A stretch of 64,000 nt of DNA from Flectonema sp. DT1601 (Eukaryota), in assembly GCA_964019425.1 (NCBI GenBank), contig OZ025791.1, forward strand, positions 62,001 through 126,000, written 5' to 3'. Under the pieces are notes generated by a model. It did no database searches. It saw only the letters and a list, made by a program, of their open reading frames with translations, and had not been told where the DNA came from. Below, one piece after another: positions 37,645 through 50,012 of this stretch; positions within the stretch are counted from its first letter, which is position 1, and every line of letters starts with the position of its first letter. Both the position numbers and the translations under genes were made by a program.

Positions 37645-38832
37645 TTAACGACAACAAACATGAAAAACACAAGCAGCAAACAGCTGCTGCGCAAGCTGAA
37701 ACTTCCTTTTTCCTCCGCTACTCATGCCGGCAAACAAACCCAAGAAATTGACAATTTCAAAGGAGAGCAATACCAACAACAAAACAATCCAAAGAAGAAA
37801 AGAACAGGCATCGGAAAGCGCGGCGACAGCTTCAAACAAATACTTAATGTCAACTTTATTGACTACGGCTGCCGCCTCGACTTTCCATCCCCTGAAGATG
37901 CGTTCCAAGTGTTTCTTGCTCTGATCAATCCGGTGATTGACGCAAAACAGCTTAACACTCTGGTCAGCAATCTCCGTACATGCAACCACTTTCCCGAACC
38001 CCCCGCGAATCACCTCGGACGCAGACTTCAGATCTGCCTCGACCGTGCGATAAGCACCAATGGGTCCAGCAAAAAAAGAAAGGAAACATGCCTCCAGTTC
38101 GGAGCGAACGCTTCTCGAAAACAAGAGAAACCGATCAAACAGAGAAAGTACAGAGAACATGAAGTCAGCCGCTGAACTGGCTGTTTCATTCACCCAAGCC
38201 ATTACGAGGTCAGCAAACCTGACACACTCGAGCTCAAGCGCACCCCAGACACCGTGCGTGATGTCGGAGAGTTCCGCTTCACAAGTGCGCACCACATCGA
38301 GAAGCTTCACCCGGGTTATTGCGAACCGGATCCCGAAGCACTTCACGAGTCTATCGGTGGCACCGTGATCGGAGCATTGGCTGCTCCTCATCAGCTCTTC
38401 GACGGCCACTCTGCTCGCGGAACCAAACGCCCTCCTCATCGTGTCACCCACACGGTGCGGAATACTTTTACCAACAGAGTGCGGCACGTCAGCATGACAC
38501 GCAGACTCGTTGACGTTGGTGTTGCCGTTGACGTTGGCGTTGGCTTTGGCGTTGGCTTTGGCGTTGTCGCTGGAGCTGGAGTTGGCGTCAGTGGCGGTGT
38601 TGTTGTCGATAATAGTGGTGTTGTAGTCGATAATAGTGGTGGTGGTGGTGGTGGTGGTGGTGGTGGTGGTGGTGGTGGTGGTGTTCGTCGTCGTCGTCGT
38701 TGTCGCAACAACTTCGGCGGGCTCTTCGAACATTCCCAGCATCAATCCAACTGGAGGCAAGTCAGGCAGACCGCATCCAAAGCAGAACACCGTCCACCAG
38801 AATACTCCCACAAATCCGATGATGGCAAACAT
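37645..38832 (-). CDS. Orphan membrane-protein ORF, copy 8 (395 aa, diverged terminal variant)
   Basis: Frame intact. Longer poly-Thr, shorter NA repeat, KWCC replaced by YNTT, and 7 further amino-acid substitutions. Confidence 0.6.
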   Translation of the reverse strand: MFAIIGFVGVFWWTVFCFGCGLPDLPPVGLMLGMFEEPAEVVATTTTTTNTTTTTTTTTTTTTTTTIIDYNTTIIDNNTATDANSSSSDNAKANAKANANVNGNTNVNESACHADVPHSVGKSIPHRVGDTMRRAFGSASRVAVEELMRSSQCSDHGATDRLVKCFGIRFAITRVKLLDVVRTCEAELSDITHGVWGALELECVRFADLVMAWVNETASSAADFMFSVLSLFDRFLLFSRSVRSELEACFLSFFAGPIGAYRTVEADLKSASEVIRGGFGKVVACTEIADQSVKLFCVNHRIDQSKKHLERIFRGWKVEAAAVVNKVDIKYLFEAVAALSDACSFLLWIVLLLVLLSFEIVNFLGLFAGMSSGGKRKFQLAQQLFAACVFHVCCR

Positions 38833-39875
38833 TTTTTTGTGCTTTGTTTTGTCTTAAGCCTGATAGAAGGAAAGGAAGTAACATCATGCCAATCCAGCAA
38901 TAAAATATCAAGAGATCTGAACTTTGCTTTTACCACCAAAAGAGAGTACATTTCCAACTGAGAATCCTGAGGAATAATGAGGGCCCATTTGGGGATCATG
39001 GAGAAGGCACACCGCGGTATATTATAAGAAGCTCACAAAAGAAGGTAACCTATCAGAATTGGTAGCCACAAATCAATAAGAACCATAAAACATATCAAAT
39101 AAATCATTCCATTCCCACGTCACTTATCGACTTGTGCGCGGCTGAAGGCGGGAAATATTGATATAACAAAACACACCACATAAAGCATTCCACTCCCACG
39201 TCACTTATCGAACTTCACCACAAATCACAACACGAAGCAAGTTCAGTTCAATCAAGGAAAGGTGTAAAATCTTAAAAAGCAGATTTATGGTTAACAATCA
39301 ATAAGAAATAGTTCCACACACACATCAAACATCCCCACCCCCCGGGACACGCGACACACACAAACCAATGGGCACTCAAAAACGAAACACGTGCAAAAAT
39401 CACGAGCACTCAAACCACAATAAGAACTCATCAGAGTTAAACAACACGACACTTAATTCCAACACAAACACAACACAACTTCACCACAAATCACAAATCA
39501 CAACACGAAGAACAAGTTCAGTAAAATCAAGGAAGGCAAAAGAAATAGTTTCACAGAAACATCTGACACAGACACACGAGCACCCAAACTACACATATGA
39601 ACACACAACACACACACAAAGGGTAATGAGAACTCGTCAGAGTTTCAACAAACAATACACAACACACAACACATACATGCATACACACACACCGAGAGGA
39701 GGTTCAGTGAAGCTTCTGCTCACCTCATCATAAGTTCAGCTCCTGTTTAAAATTTTTGAAAAATATACAAAAGTTACAAAATTGCAAACACCCTCTCATG
39801 TCACCATCACCGCAAAGCCCTCTCAACGATCCCTCCTTCCATCACACGGCAAGTGGTACCATTTTCCACTTAACT

Positions 39876-40500
39876 GTGTCTTACTAGATTCTTCATTGAT
39901 ATGCTCCGATGTTTTATCCTTAATCTGCGTACGTGATTGCGTAGTGACTTTAATTTTAGGGATGATTGACTCGTGAGATCCATTGTTGACAACTCTCTTT
40001 TTGGATTACTTCATAGCATGTTTATGAGACAGCATATTGTACTTTTTGTTACGTTTTGAATAAGGTTCAAGGGCATCATTTAAACTTTCCGGCATTGAAG
40101 TTACGGGGTTCGTAATATCTTCTGTGTCTATGACAACAGTGTTATTCCGTGCTACCGTTTTCGGAGTTGTTACTTTTAACGATGGCGAAGTGTATGTTGT
40201 AACAATCTTGTTCGGTTGACTATTCATAGCCAAATCATAAATAAGCTCCCGATTGTGTCCATTCCAACAAGTTAGTGGTTCTTGTGGGACAATCTTGTTG
40301 GTTGTCGGAGTTTTGATTTTGACTCCCGACTTTTGTTTTACCGGTGTTTCGAAAACAAGTCGAACTTTCGTCTTGCTTCTTTCAATGAAATTTCGTATTG
40401 TTCGTCTCTACGTTGGCTCTTCTCCAGGACTTTCCAGTCTTTAAATGCAACGGGGGGATGAGTAAAAGAGAAATCAAAACAATCGTTGTTTGTACAAATC
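39876..40500 (-). pseudogene. Decayed coding fragment of unknown origin
   Basis: One minus frame is open from ~40407 to 40009, then resumes after a single TAA and runs into the array end. A second overlapping frame covers 40338-40532. K/T/S-rich; no family recognised. Confidence 0.3.
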
Positions 40501-40501
40501 G

Positions 40502-40713
40502 GAATTGGTAGCCACAAATCAAAACACAACATGACACAACTTCACTAGAAATCATAACACGAAGAACAAGTTCAGTAAAATCAAGGAAGGCAAAAGAAAT
40601 AGTTTCACAGAAACATCTGACACAGACACACGAGCACTCAAACTACACATATGAACACACAACACACACACAAAGGGTAATGAGAACTCGTCAGAGTTTC
40701 AACAAACAACACA
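40502..40713. repeat. Solo, internally deleted fragment of the array unit
   Basis: GAATTGGTAGCCACAAATCAA (unit ~1108-1128) is joined to sequence matching unit ~1515-1700 (ACAAGTTCAGTAAA, GGCAAAAGAAATAGTTTCACAGAAACATCTGACAC, GAGAACTCGTCAGAGTTTCAACAAACAA). Confidence 0.92.
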
Positions 40714-42068
40714 GATGATGAAGTCAAATGTTTTGGGTTCGGCGTACTTTAAAAATTCAGGATAGTTGCATCATCTGTCTCTTTGTCAGGTTCTTTAGTT
40801 TCCTCATTCAAAGTTTCACAGTACCCGCAATCCATCTAAGGCGGATGTTATGTAGTATAACAATCCCACATAAGTAAATACGGCACTGCGCCAGTGATTT
40901 TGGAAATTTGAGTTCCTTATTTGTTTTCATTAACCTGTTTGTTAGTATTTTAGTAATTCTTCGTAACTTTCCATTTCATTTTTCAATAGCTCACAATAAT
41001 AAGCTTTGCACATTACTGCCAAGCATGTCTTGCTTTGGCCACTGGGAGGAACACGACATGTTTTTTTAGTTCCTTTAATTCTTTCATACATTTTGCTAAA
41101 GTTGCATTGCGTTAGGCAAGGGTTTCAATTGTATTTGCGATCTTTCAGCCATCTATTTAAGACTTTTGCTCGAAGCAGCATGTATCTCGTAACCTTTTCG
41201 GTAAATCAATCAGCTGCTTCATGAAGTTCTTGTGTCATCTCATGTTGTGAACAGTGAATACGGTAAAGTATTCATAACTTTAGTACCTCTTTTAGTTGAT
41301 CACTACATTTCAAAGAAGAACAATGTCCTGCAACATGTTTGGTATTACAATTCTCTTCTTTATAAATAACACGGATATTGTTCATCATTTAGTGGAGGTG
41401 CCTGCTCTATTTCAATCGTATTTGTGCTAAATATTTTCGATCCTAAAATCCTACTGAGTCCATAGGATGTTTTATTGGTAAGCCAGAAGGTAATAACTTC
41501 TTGAACCTCGTTGAGTGCTACTATGATTGCCTGCATTTATTATATTCTTTCACTTCGTGGCTTGCAAATGTTCGAATCCAATGAAACATTCGTGAAATTC
41601 TTGTGAAGGACCAGTCTTTAATAACTTCCACATTAATTGCTTCAAGATTACATAGATGCTGCAGTTGTTTCCTTAAGCCATTTAGAATAGGCGAAACTTT
41701 GGGTTCGGTCCAACATCTGTGATGATTACCCTGCCATCATTTACTTCAGTCCACTTTGAAGAGGGTATGTTAGCATTCTTTTTCCGTCTTAATCTTTTTA
41801 TCTTTTCCGTCGGACTTTTTGTTATTTTGTACTTTCTTCTTTCCCAGTATTTTATAATGCAGTTTGTAATGACTGATTCAGAGCCTCTTGGCTGGGTCAG
41901 CCATATTACAGAAAAGTGGATATTTTCTCTTTCGTATGAATTTGTTTTACGGTTGACTACATTTCCCCTGTACTGAGCGATTGCTCCAGTGTTGTTTTTC
42001 TGGGCCTGGACGAGTATCTCTCATGCGGCTTTGCGGGTTTTTACACATCTCTTTTTCTGTGCTGTCAT
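40714..42068 (-). mobile_element. Degenerate Penelope-like retroelement remnant (N-terminal region to RT motif A)
   Basis: Manual minus-strand translation across stops and frameshifts gives, in the expected order: GRVIITDVGPNPKFR (~41690-41735); LKELKKHVVFLPVAKA then AVMCKAYYCELLKNE (~40975-41080); LHNIRLRWIAG (~40823-40855); KTFDF (40720-40734). These resemble the PLE motifs GHVITGD..GPKYR, PADKA..CKxYY..EL, KLHK..RFIAG and KTFDFxxLY. Confidence 0.65.
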
Positions 42069-45000
42069 TCAGTGCAGTACGGAATCGGGTTATTCAAATT
42101 TGAATTAATCGTGAGCCCTGGGAAACCAAAACCAGGGTATAATGAAGTGGGGAGATAATAATTAGTGTATTATATTTCGATTCGAACCCAAACCAGCTGT
42201 TTCACAAGAGACAGATTCAACACAAAGCAGGCGATCGTGAGTATAGTATTTGTACCTGTTGAGCAAAACAAAGATAGTAATAATAATTATCAGTCAATCA
42301 AAAAAAAAAGCAAAAATTCGTAGGACAACATATTGGTACTAATAATTGAATTATTCCGAAGGAGAGAAAACCCGAACAGATTACTCTTTTATTTATTTAA
42401 CGAAAGCTGATCTTCTTAACCAAAGTAGCAAACCGAATGGTGTATAAATTTAGGGACTTTCTCCGTTATGACCAAAGAAAGATTTCTCTGTTGTGAACAA
42501 CACTTTTTTTTTCGCCGTTAGGTAACAACACTTTTTTTTCCCCCTCCAAATTTCTTTTCTGCCTCACACCGAAAAGGAAATTCCAGAAAGTCCGAAATTC
42601 GAATGGTCAGTTCAACAATAAAAGTGAGTCATCCTTGTATTCGCTTTATGTAAAATAAATGCTGCGACTGAAACAGGATAATCGAAATCTGCTGGGTTAA
42701 CGAAGTAATCAATTCTCCTGTTGAATTTAGTTATGCAAGCCACGTTAGGTACTTGTAACGAGAACCAACCATCTAGTGATGGTTTATGCTCTCGGTTCGA
42801 GTTTTAGAGATTTTTCATAGAATCAATCTTATAAAAAAGTGCACTACTAACCATCGATAGAGAGATAGATAAGGAAGTCCAATACATTGCGTACTGTGCA
42901 TCGCTGATACAGCAAACTAAAGAGCATCGGGTAACTCTCTAGAGCTACGAGGCAACAGCAACGTAAATCTTATTAGGATTGTTTTATTATAGCTTCGGCG
43001 GGCATAATGAATGCCTATTGTCAGCTTTCCACCTTGTCCGATTGTTGCCAGGAAATGATACGAGGATAACTATGGAGAAACAAGAAAACAAATAAATGAA
43101 TAAATAAAAAATAAGATAAATAAATAATAATAATAAAAAAACCAAAGACACTGGGGGAACTTTGATGGGGGAACTTTGATACGATACGAAAAGATTTATC
43201 TGGGAAGAATACTGCAGGTCTTTGCACAAAAAAATAAAAGTACTGTCACCATGAAACAAAAGGCGTTGAACATTGCCTGGTTTCTTTGGTGGAGGCCACG
43301 TGAACGTAGTTGAGCACCTCTTGCCTACGCTATGAAAAACAGCTGTAAATTAAAATAAATGTGAAAAAAATAAAATGAATACAAAGGTTAACAGTGGACG
43401 AAGGCTTTCCTAGACTACTCGTGTCTTCAGCAGTCCGCTCGGTGATGGGGGACTTGGATAAATAAATCAAGGTTAACACGCAACAAATTAGACATGAATC
43501 ATTATAACTGGGGGAGTTCAAAAAACTACACCCGTGGGACACGTCAAAATTAGTGAAAACGTTCCAGCAAGACGGCAGGATGAAAAGATACACCGCCCAC
43601 TCAATAAAAAGAGGTGCGATAAGTCATCTGTTGGAAGTCCTTGAGTCAGACCAAGAGCAGTAAGGACTCCTTGGTTCATCCTTCTACCGCAGTTTTGGGG
43701 ATTCTCAGAAGAGCTACCATATTCTATTGGTGCGTCTACATAACCAATACTACTCGGTGGTCTACTAAAGAACACACTTCACGGTGGAGAATACGGTTGG
43801 GCATCCCTCAGCTTCATGCAGATCATTTTATATTTCAGCATCCTTGTGGAACATTTGTATAAGTGGACTTCAACACAGCAACACGAAAAACGGTCGTTGC
43901 GTACATTAAAGAAGCCTACACTCTCACCGACATAGAGGAAATACATACCAATCTTGATTGGGTTTGGATGTACTGCTATCCTGACGTTCTTTAAAGACGT
44001 TAGACTCCACAAGCATGAAAAAGCTCCTTTATTGATAAAATTCAGGACTCTTATTTATTAGTTTCAGCACAGGGATACTAAATCAAAGATCTACAACCAC
44101 AATGCTTCCGCGGTATACCAGCAGGAAAACAAGTAAATAAAACTCTTTATAAGTTGGTGATGAAAAAAAAAAAGAAATTCTACTTCAGAAGTCAAAAACG
44201 AGTCTCCTGTAAAAACATGCCCAGGCGTGAAATAATATTTCACCCTACGGGCCCTAACCAAAATTCGGTCAGTTAGGAGTACTTTCTGATTTTCACTGCA
44301 GTGAAATCTTTTCCCACGAAGCCAAGATAGTAAAATAAAATCATAATTATAAAAATAAAAGGAACGGGAATCTGAAAAACAAAATAAAAACACCAAAATA
44401 AGAACACTAGTTGCCCTTCGAAATTTCGAAGCTTCGGATTTCGAGTGATGCCAGGAACAGAGATTTGATCTACGTTACGCAAGCACTTCTCCTGCTTTAA
44501 AAAAAAAAAGCAAACAAGTATTGATTCGCAATGATATGAACGATTTGAATTGGAAGATGACGAAACGAGGAACTATACTTTTGCTGCTTCTCCTGAGAAG
44601 AAACAACACATTGTAAACTATAGACCTTTGGAACAAAGCTAATAACTAAACTAAGTAAAAACTCGCTTCCATGCGAAGACTCGCGCGACAAACAACGAAG
44701 AACAGAATAAAACATACGAGCGTGTTGGCTGCCATATTGCAGACAAACCAACAGGTAAAAGATCGAGAAACAATAACAACATAAAGTAAGCAAGTGTTCA
44801 TCTTCCCTGAGCAAGATTAGGTGAACCTTTTTGATATAAACATAACTTTAAGTATTAATACTTGATTGAACAAGATTGGGTGAAAAATATCATTTAAAAG
44901 TAAACAACAAAAAGAGAGGATGATGAATAAGTAACAGAAATAAACTCAAGTCGGATACTGACAGAAATTATTTTCGATAGTACCGAAGTGTGCGAACAAG

Positions 45001-45227
45001 ATGGTTATTTTATATTAAAACAAATTGGTTAAAAAAAATTAGCATTAACTTAAACTATAAAAAAAACACTGTTAATGTTTTTTTTTGTTCGTGCACGAAA
45101 CCGTGAACCTGACCATGACAAAGTTAAGGGTGCCTAACATCTTCTTAGTTATTATGATACATCTTAAATAAAAATAAAATATTCGATCTTTGAACGTCTT
45201 CAGAGCATGCGACTTACGAGTCAGTCA

Positions 45228-47615
45228 TTAAGAGACATTAAACGAGAAAGCCTCGCGTATCCACTCAGGCGACTTGACTTCTTCAATGAAAACTGCGAGG
45301 CGCTTTTCAGAAAGAGGCAACTTGCTCTTCAGCGCAGCAATGTACTTTTCGATGTGTTTCTCTTCAATAGCCTCCCAATTTGAGTGTTGGATGTCTTCTA
45401 GAAGTCCCTTGACACCGAAAGTGTTGTTAATTTCATACATCCACTCCATCACTTCAACTGATCCATGAGATTCATTAAATATATGATGTACCTCAGTACA
45501 GCAGTGTGACGTTGTAATGGTTCCCAGAGGCAATGAGTCGAAATGAGACCCACCATCTCCATAACAAATATTGTTGCACACAACAGATGTTCCGCAATTT
45601 TCGCCCGCAAATCTTGATATTTTAACTCCAATATAAGCAGGTAGACCTGCGATGCTGAAGGATCGAGCCAGTTTGTTGCCAACATTTCCGCAGTGAACTC
45701 TTCCCGTTGTCACGCCAATTCCCATAGTTTTGAATATTGAAAAATCTTCTATCTGAAAATGATCTCTGATCTTGCAGGCTGCACGCAACCCTGTTGTTGC
45801 ATGAGAACTGACAGCCAACTGCGCGGTGTTCCACGATAAGTGAACCTGATCTCCGATAAACCGATCGAGAGTACCTCGCGTGCCTTGAATACTATCCGTA
45901 AAAATAGTTATGAAGGATGCGTATTGCTGCACAAGTTTGTCACTTCGCACTGAACACACATCCTTGTGATAAGATTCAATGTTAGTTGATACGAGTGTTG
46001 CTACACGAGAAAACATTGAGCAGTCAGTTTTGACCCGAAGTTGCTCTCTGTGCGTAACCGAAGTAGCACCGTTAGATAGAGAACCAGACCCTTGTGAGGT
46101 GTGACTTCTTTCCTCCGTGCTGAATTTTGAAATCGATTCAGTATCACTGTCACTACTGTCTTGCACTATGAACATTGCATTTGGAAGGTAACTTCTATAC
46201 TCGATTAGTTTTTTGACGAGTCTTCTTAGTGATTCTTTCATATCTCTAATTTCATTAATGCGACTGTTAGTTGGTTGCTCTTTTAGTACTTCGAGTTGTT
46301 GTAAGTTTGCTGCAACCTGCATGTAGCCCGAGAGTTCTCTTATTGGCCGACTGGCAGCAATTCCCAACACAACCGAAATTACAATAACAATTCCCATTAT
46401 CGAACTACCGACGATTGCAAGCCGAACGTTTAGCTTGTCTGCTTCCTCAACAACGTCAGATGATTTCACAATACAAAATAAAATTAAATCCAATCCAACT
46501 GCTAGTTCATCTTCTACTGCAGCAGATGATACCGTGTAGCCATCTGCGCGGAATACTTTTGGGATAGCTGTTTTGTTTATTGTGAGATGTTAGAAAGGAT
46601 ATCATCAGTTTTAAGTTTCTTCGGAACAAAATAAATACAAACCTGTGACATTACAGTGTTCATCACATAACTTAGACATGATGTGTTTCCCAACTGTCAG
46701 AGTTGGTTCGAGGACAGCAGACTCGTTGTTGACAGAAGTCATTCCAACGAGAACACCTGAGTCGCTGTAGATTTGAACTTTTTGTTCCGGATCTGATGAA
46801 GCGACGAGGGTCCCATTGCGATCAATGAGAACGTACCACTCGTTGAGTTCAGAGTTCCCTCTAACTGCTTGCAGTACATCCGCTGCAGTTTCGAAATCAA
46901 CAAACTCAATATTACTATCAATAGAGAGAATAAGCGAAGCTACAATCATTGAAGACTTGTGAGTATGAGGAGGATCTCTTACTGGCCATATTAAGTTTCT
47001 AAAGGAAGCATTTATTACATCTGAGTGAACCGTTACGTCTTCCCAAGTTGGAACTTCATGGTATGCCACGTCTGATGACCCATTGTGACTGCATGGGAAG
47101 GAACTTTTAACAGGACGAATCGACCTGAGAGGGTCGAGCCAGTAGTGTTCATTAGCAATGATTGACTGATTATTCCAGTGACTTGAAACAACGAGATCAG
47201 CTATCCAAAATATGTCAGAATCATGTAGCGGCATACAGTTTATTCTTCCAGTTTCATTGAGTACATCTCTGTTCGCACGAGACTGTATCTGAAAAGCACC
47301 GTACTGAGCATTGTTATGTACTATCGACCACAGAGTTTCTTGGTAAGCATCGAACATGTAATTAACTGGCTGACGTGGGCTCCTAGCTAGCGAAATATTC
47401 CAAAGAGTTTCAATTATGGTTGCGTGTTCAGAAGCAGATTGCATTAACTTCCCAATCTGTGGGGCCACAGTAGCAACATTCGTCTTCAATTGATCTTCAC
47501 CTGCTTTTACAAGTGCATCCCTCGACATTATTGCTGAAGGTGTCCACATCCCAACAAGAGCCACTAAAATAAATGCTGCTATGACACACGTGGAGCATAC
47601 AGCAAGTGGAATCAT
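45228..47615 (-). CDS. Receptor-type degenerate adenylate/guanylate cyclase (TM, Cache-like, TM, HAMP, class III cyclase), ~770 aa, 2 exons
   Basis: Exons 47615-46643 and 46567-45228 join in frame across a 75-nt intron (GTTTGT..AAAACAG, 46568-46642). TM segments, HAMP-like PIRELSGYM..INEIRDM..EYRSYLP, and cyclase motifs DRFIGD and GVTTGRVHCGNVG. Confidence 0.85.
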
Positions 47616-49604
47616 TTTATAAAATAAACCTGTAAGAGATTTAAATGGGATGACTATTTAGGATGGTTAATTTATTTCATTTACTTACCGAATGGAAGCT
47701 TTTGCTAAAAGGGTGTGGCACGTGAAGAGAATTCTTGAGAGCTTTGTAATAGGATATGTAGCCAGTTTGAAATTCTCCCTATTTTCACTTACTGGCTACC
47801 CCTGCGAGCAGCCAAGCAAAGAAGATCAACTAGCGCAATAAAAGAAAGGAAATCCCTGCTGAAAAGTACTGATAGGGAAAGCAAGGCTAAATACAACGAA
47901 TTGCTGTGAAAATAATCATCTCAACTCAAAAATGGGAGAAATAACATTATCGACGTAATCAAGAAAGGTACTCTCAAATAGAAAAATAAATAAATAAGGA
48001 AAAGTTATATCACTCGTTTCTGACAACAATTAACATTACTGAAATCCGCATGTAAAAGTGATCAGAAAATCTCATTAATTTCAGGAGAACCAATTGTAAG
48101 CAGAAATGGCAAACTCCTTACACGAAAGATGAGAATCTGTTGTTTACAGTCGGAAGTTATCAATTACCATTCATAATACTTTTGTACTAATAAATAGAAA
48201 TCTTGTTCAGCGACCATAGTAAGGTTCTTTGGCATGGAAAGAAATGCCGAATAAGTCTCGCTTATAACAAAGGGAGAATACAAGGAAAGAAAACTAGGGA
48301 AACAAAATATATTTTTGCGAATGGGATTGTCCTGTGGCAGCTACTCCAGAACGGAGACAAGCAACGGGGACGAAATGAGTTGGTTGGAACTTTTCGAAAG
48401 CCTTTATCTTCTGCAGAACAGCGGCAATGGTAACCTCCCGCTGATATTTCTCCGAAATAGATTCCAAACCCAAAAAAAAAAAAAAAAAAAAAATGTAAAA
48501 AGATGAGACTAATTCACTAAATCGAAAACTGCATGTTGTCATGCATTCTTTCATGGAGGATCTTTGTCTGGATACAAATTACGTAAACGTAGATTCAACA
48601 TTGCTACCAGCAAATAGAACACGGGAAAAGGGATTTCTCTTTTCAAAAAGGTACGAAGAAAATAAAAAAAAGCGACAAATAATCATAATATGATTTGTTT
48701 GCAACTTGGTGTGAAGATGATGTACCGCGAGATGGTAATAAAGAAATAAATTAAAAGTATTTTCGAATAAGGCGGTCATAGAAATAATCTGTAAGTGGGA
48801 ATACAACTGAATCGAGTAACGAATGGCATCAATAAAATAAATAATTCCATTTGTTTTCCGCCAATACAAAAAGAGTATCAAACCAACGAGATGGAAGACC
48901 TTTTTATTAATTACTGACTTCGAAGCAAAAAGGAAAATGAAAGTCCACCGCACTTGACGACAATTTCAGAATTCTTCAGAAAATCTCACCGCATTTGACG
49001 AATCAAAACAGAGACGTCCGCACAACAATCGCGCAGAAGGACAAGGGAATCGGTTTTGTAACCTTTGGGGAGAACTAATATAGCCTCTTTTTATTGTGTG
49101 CGTTTTCGTACGAAATGTACAGCAGACGCGAAGCCTGCAGGCAATCGACTGATAGAAAACAAGTCCACAGGCAGTAGCAGACCGAATATAAGATAAATAA
49201 CCAAATGGAATAGAACGATATTTTCGAAGTATAAATATCTTAGAAATTCTGTTTACGCAACACAACTAAGGATGACACGGATATCGCAGGAAATCTTTTT
49301 TCGTTTACCGCAAGCTCAGGAACTGGCTTGCGTATCAACGAGAAGACTATTCTGAAGTCCACATGCCTTCCTCATCTGTGAATAAAAAAATTGAGAAGAA
49401 AAAGGGAAGATAGAATCCATGCAAAACAAACAAGTTGCGGAATACCAACAGTACAATGTGAAAGGAGAGTCTCTCAGTTGTCGTGCAGTAACCCATTAGC
49501 TTTATATTTTATCTAACAATTCAAAGGTGGACCGTTATCATGAACACGAGAGCAGATAGATCACATCCACCTTTTTTTAATTTAGATTTCATTGAGTATG
49601 ATAT

Positions 49605-50012
49605 CTAATCACACTCACTTTTAAAGTATTCATTCTCATTCGATATATCACACGTCGAGCTGGAACAAACGGATATCGCCTCCTCCCGTTGCTGCTTCCT
49701 CGCGTAAATGTGAAGCTTCGGACAGCATTCTTCTAAATCACATCCATTGGCAGTATTAAAACGGCTGCACTTGGATCGGCGCCACATTGCGTCAACTTTT
49801 GTCTTCCATTGCGACTGACAAATTCGACATCTCAACTTAACCATTCCCTTCACCACACGAATGTTATCCCACGAGTTGTGCCCACACAACAGTGAGGGAG
49901 CATCATCATCAACTGCCAGTTGTCGTTTTTCCTTCTTTGATGCGGTTCCAACTTTCTCGTTAACCTCAGCCGGCCAAACACTGGCCACGTTGTCGGAAGT
50001 TTCGATCAACAT
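49605..50012 (-). CDS. Small putative Zn-binding protein (Zn ribbon plus CCCH-like finger), 135 aa
   Basis: CGHNSWDNIR..LRCRICQ, then C-x7-C-x5-C-x3-H (CSRFNTANGCDLEECCPKLH approximates this). Acceptor TTTGTTATCTCCAG lies shortly upstream of the ATG. Confidence 0.75.
   Translation of the reverse strand: MLIETSDNVASVWPAEVNEKVGTASKKEKRQLAVDDDAPSLLCGHNSWDNIRVVKGMVKLRCRICQSQWKTKVDAMWRRSKCSRFNTANGCDLEECCPKLHIYARKQQREEAISVCSSSTCDISNENEYFKSECD

Larger units (their letters stand above)
1..39875. repeat. Head-to-tail tandem array of a ~5.4-kb unit (~7.4 copies in the window, open at the left edge)
   Basis: The same marker ORF recurs at 26, 5392, 10781, 16260, 21729, 27208, 32602 and 37980. Identity to the unit ends abruptly after TTTTCCACTTAACT at 39875. 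Confidence 0.98.

Noticed and set aside
1..39875. Array as a pure assembly artefact
   Set aside because: Units have distinct minisatellite counts, hexamer counts and SNP combinations; exact copy number still needs read support.
44416..44444. Overlapping palindromes CTTCGAAATTTCGAAGCTTCGGATTTCGA (heat-shock-element-like)
   Set aside because: Single occurrence, not upstream of any called gene; plausible by chance.
42150..45200. Short ORFs of 68-105 aa, including 43641..43862 which resumes after a TAA
   Set aside because: No recognisable motifs; AT-rich intergenic composition. A decayed element cannot be excluded or supported.
47700..49550. Short ORFs between the first cyclase and the Zn protein
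   Set aside because: Biased composition and no homology cues.
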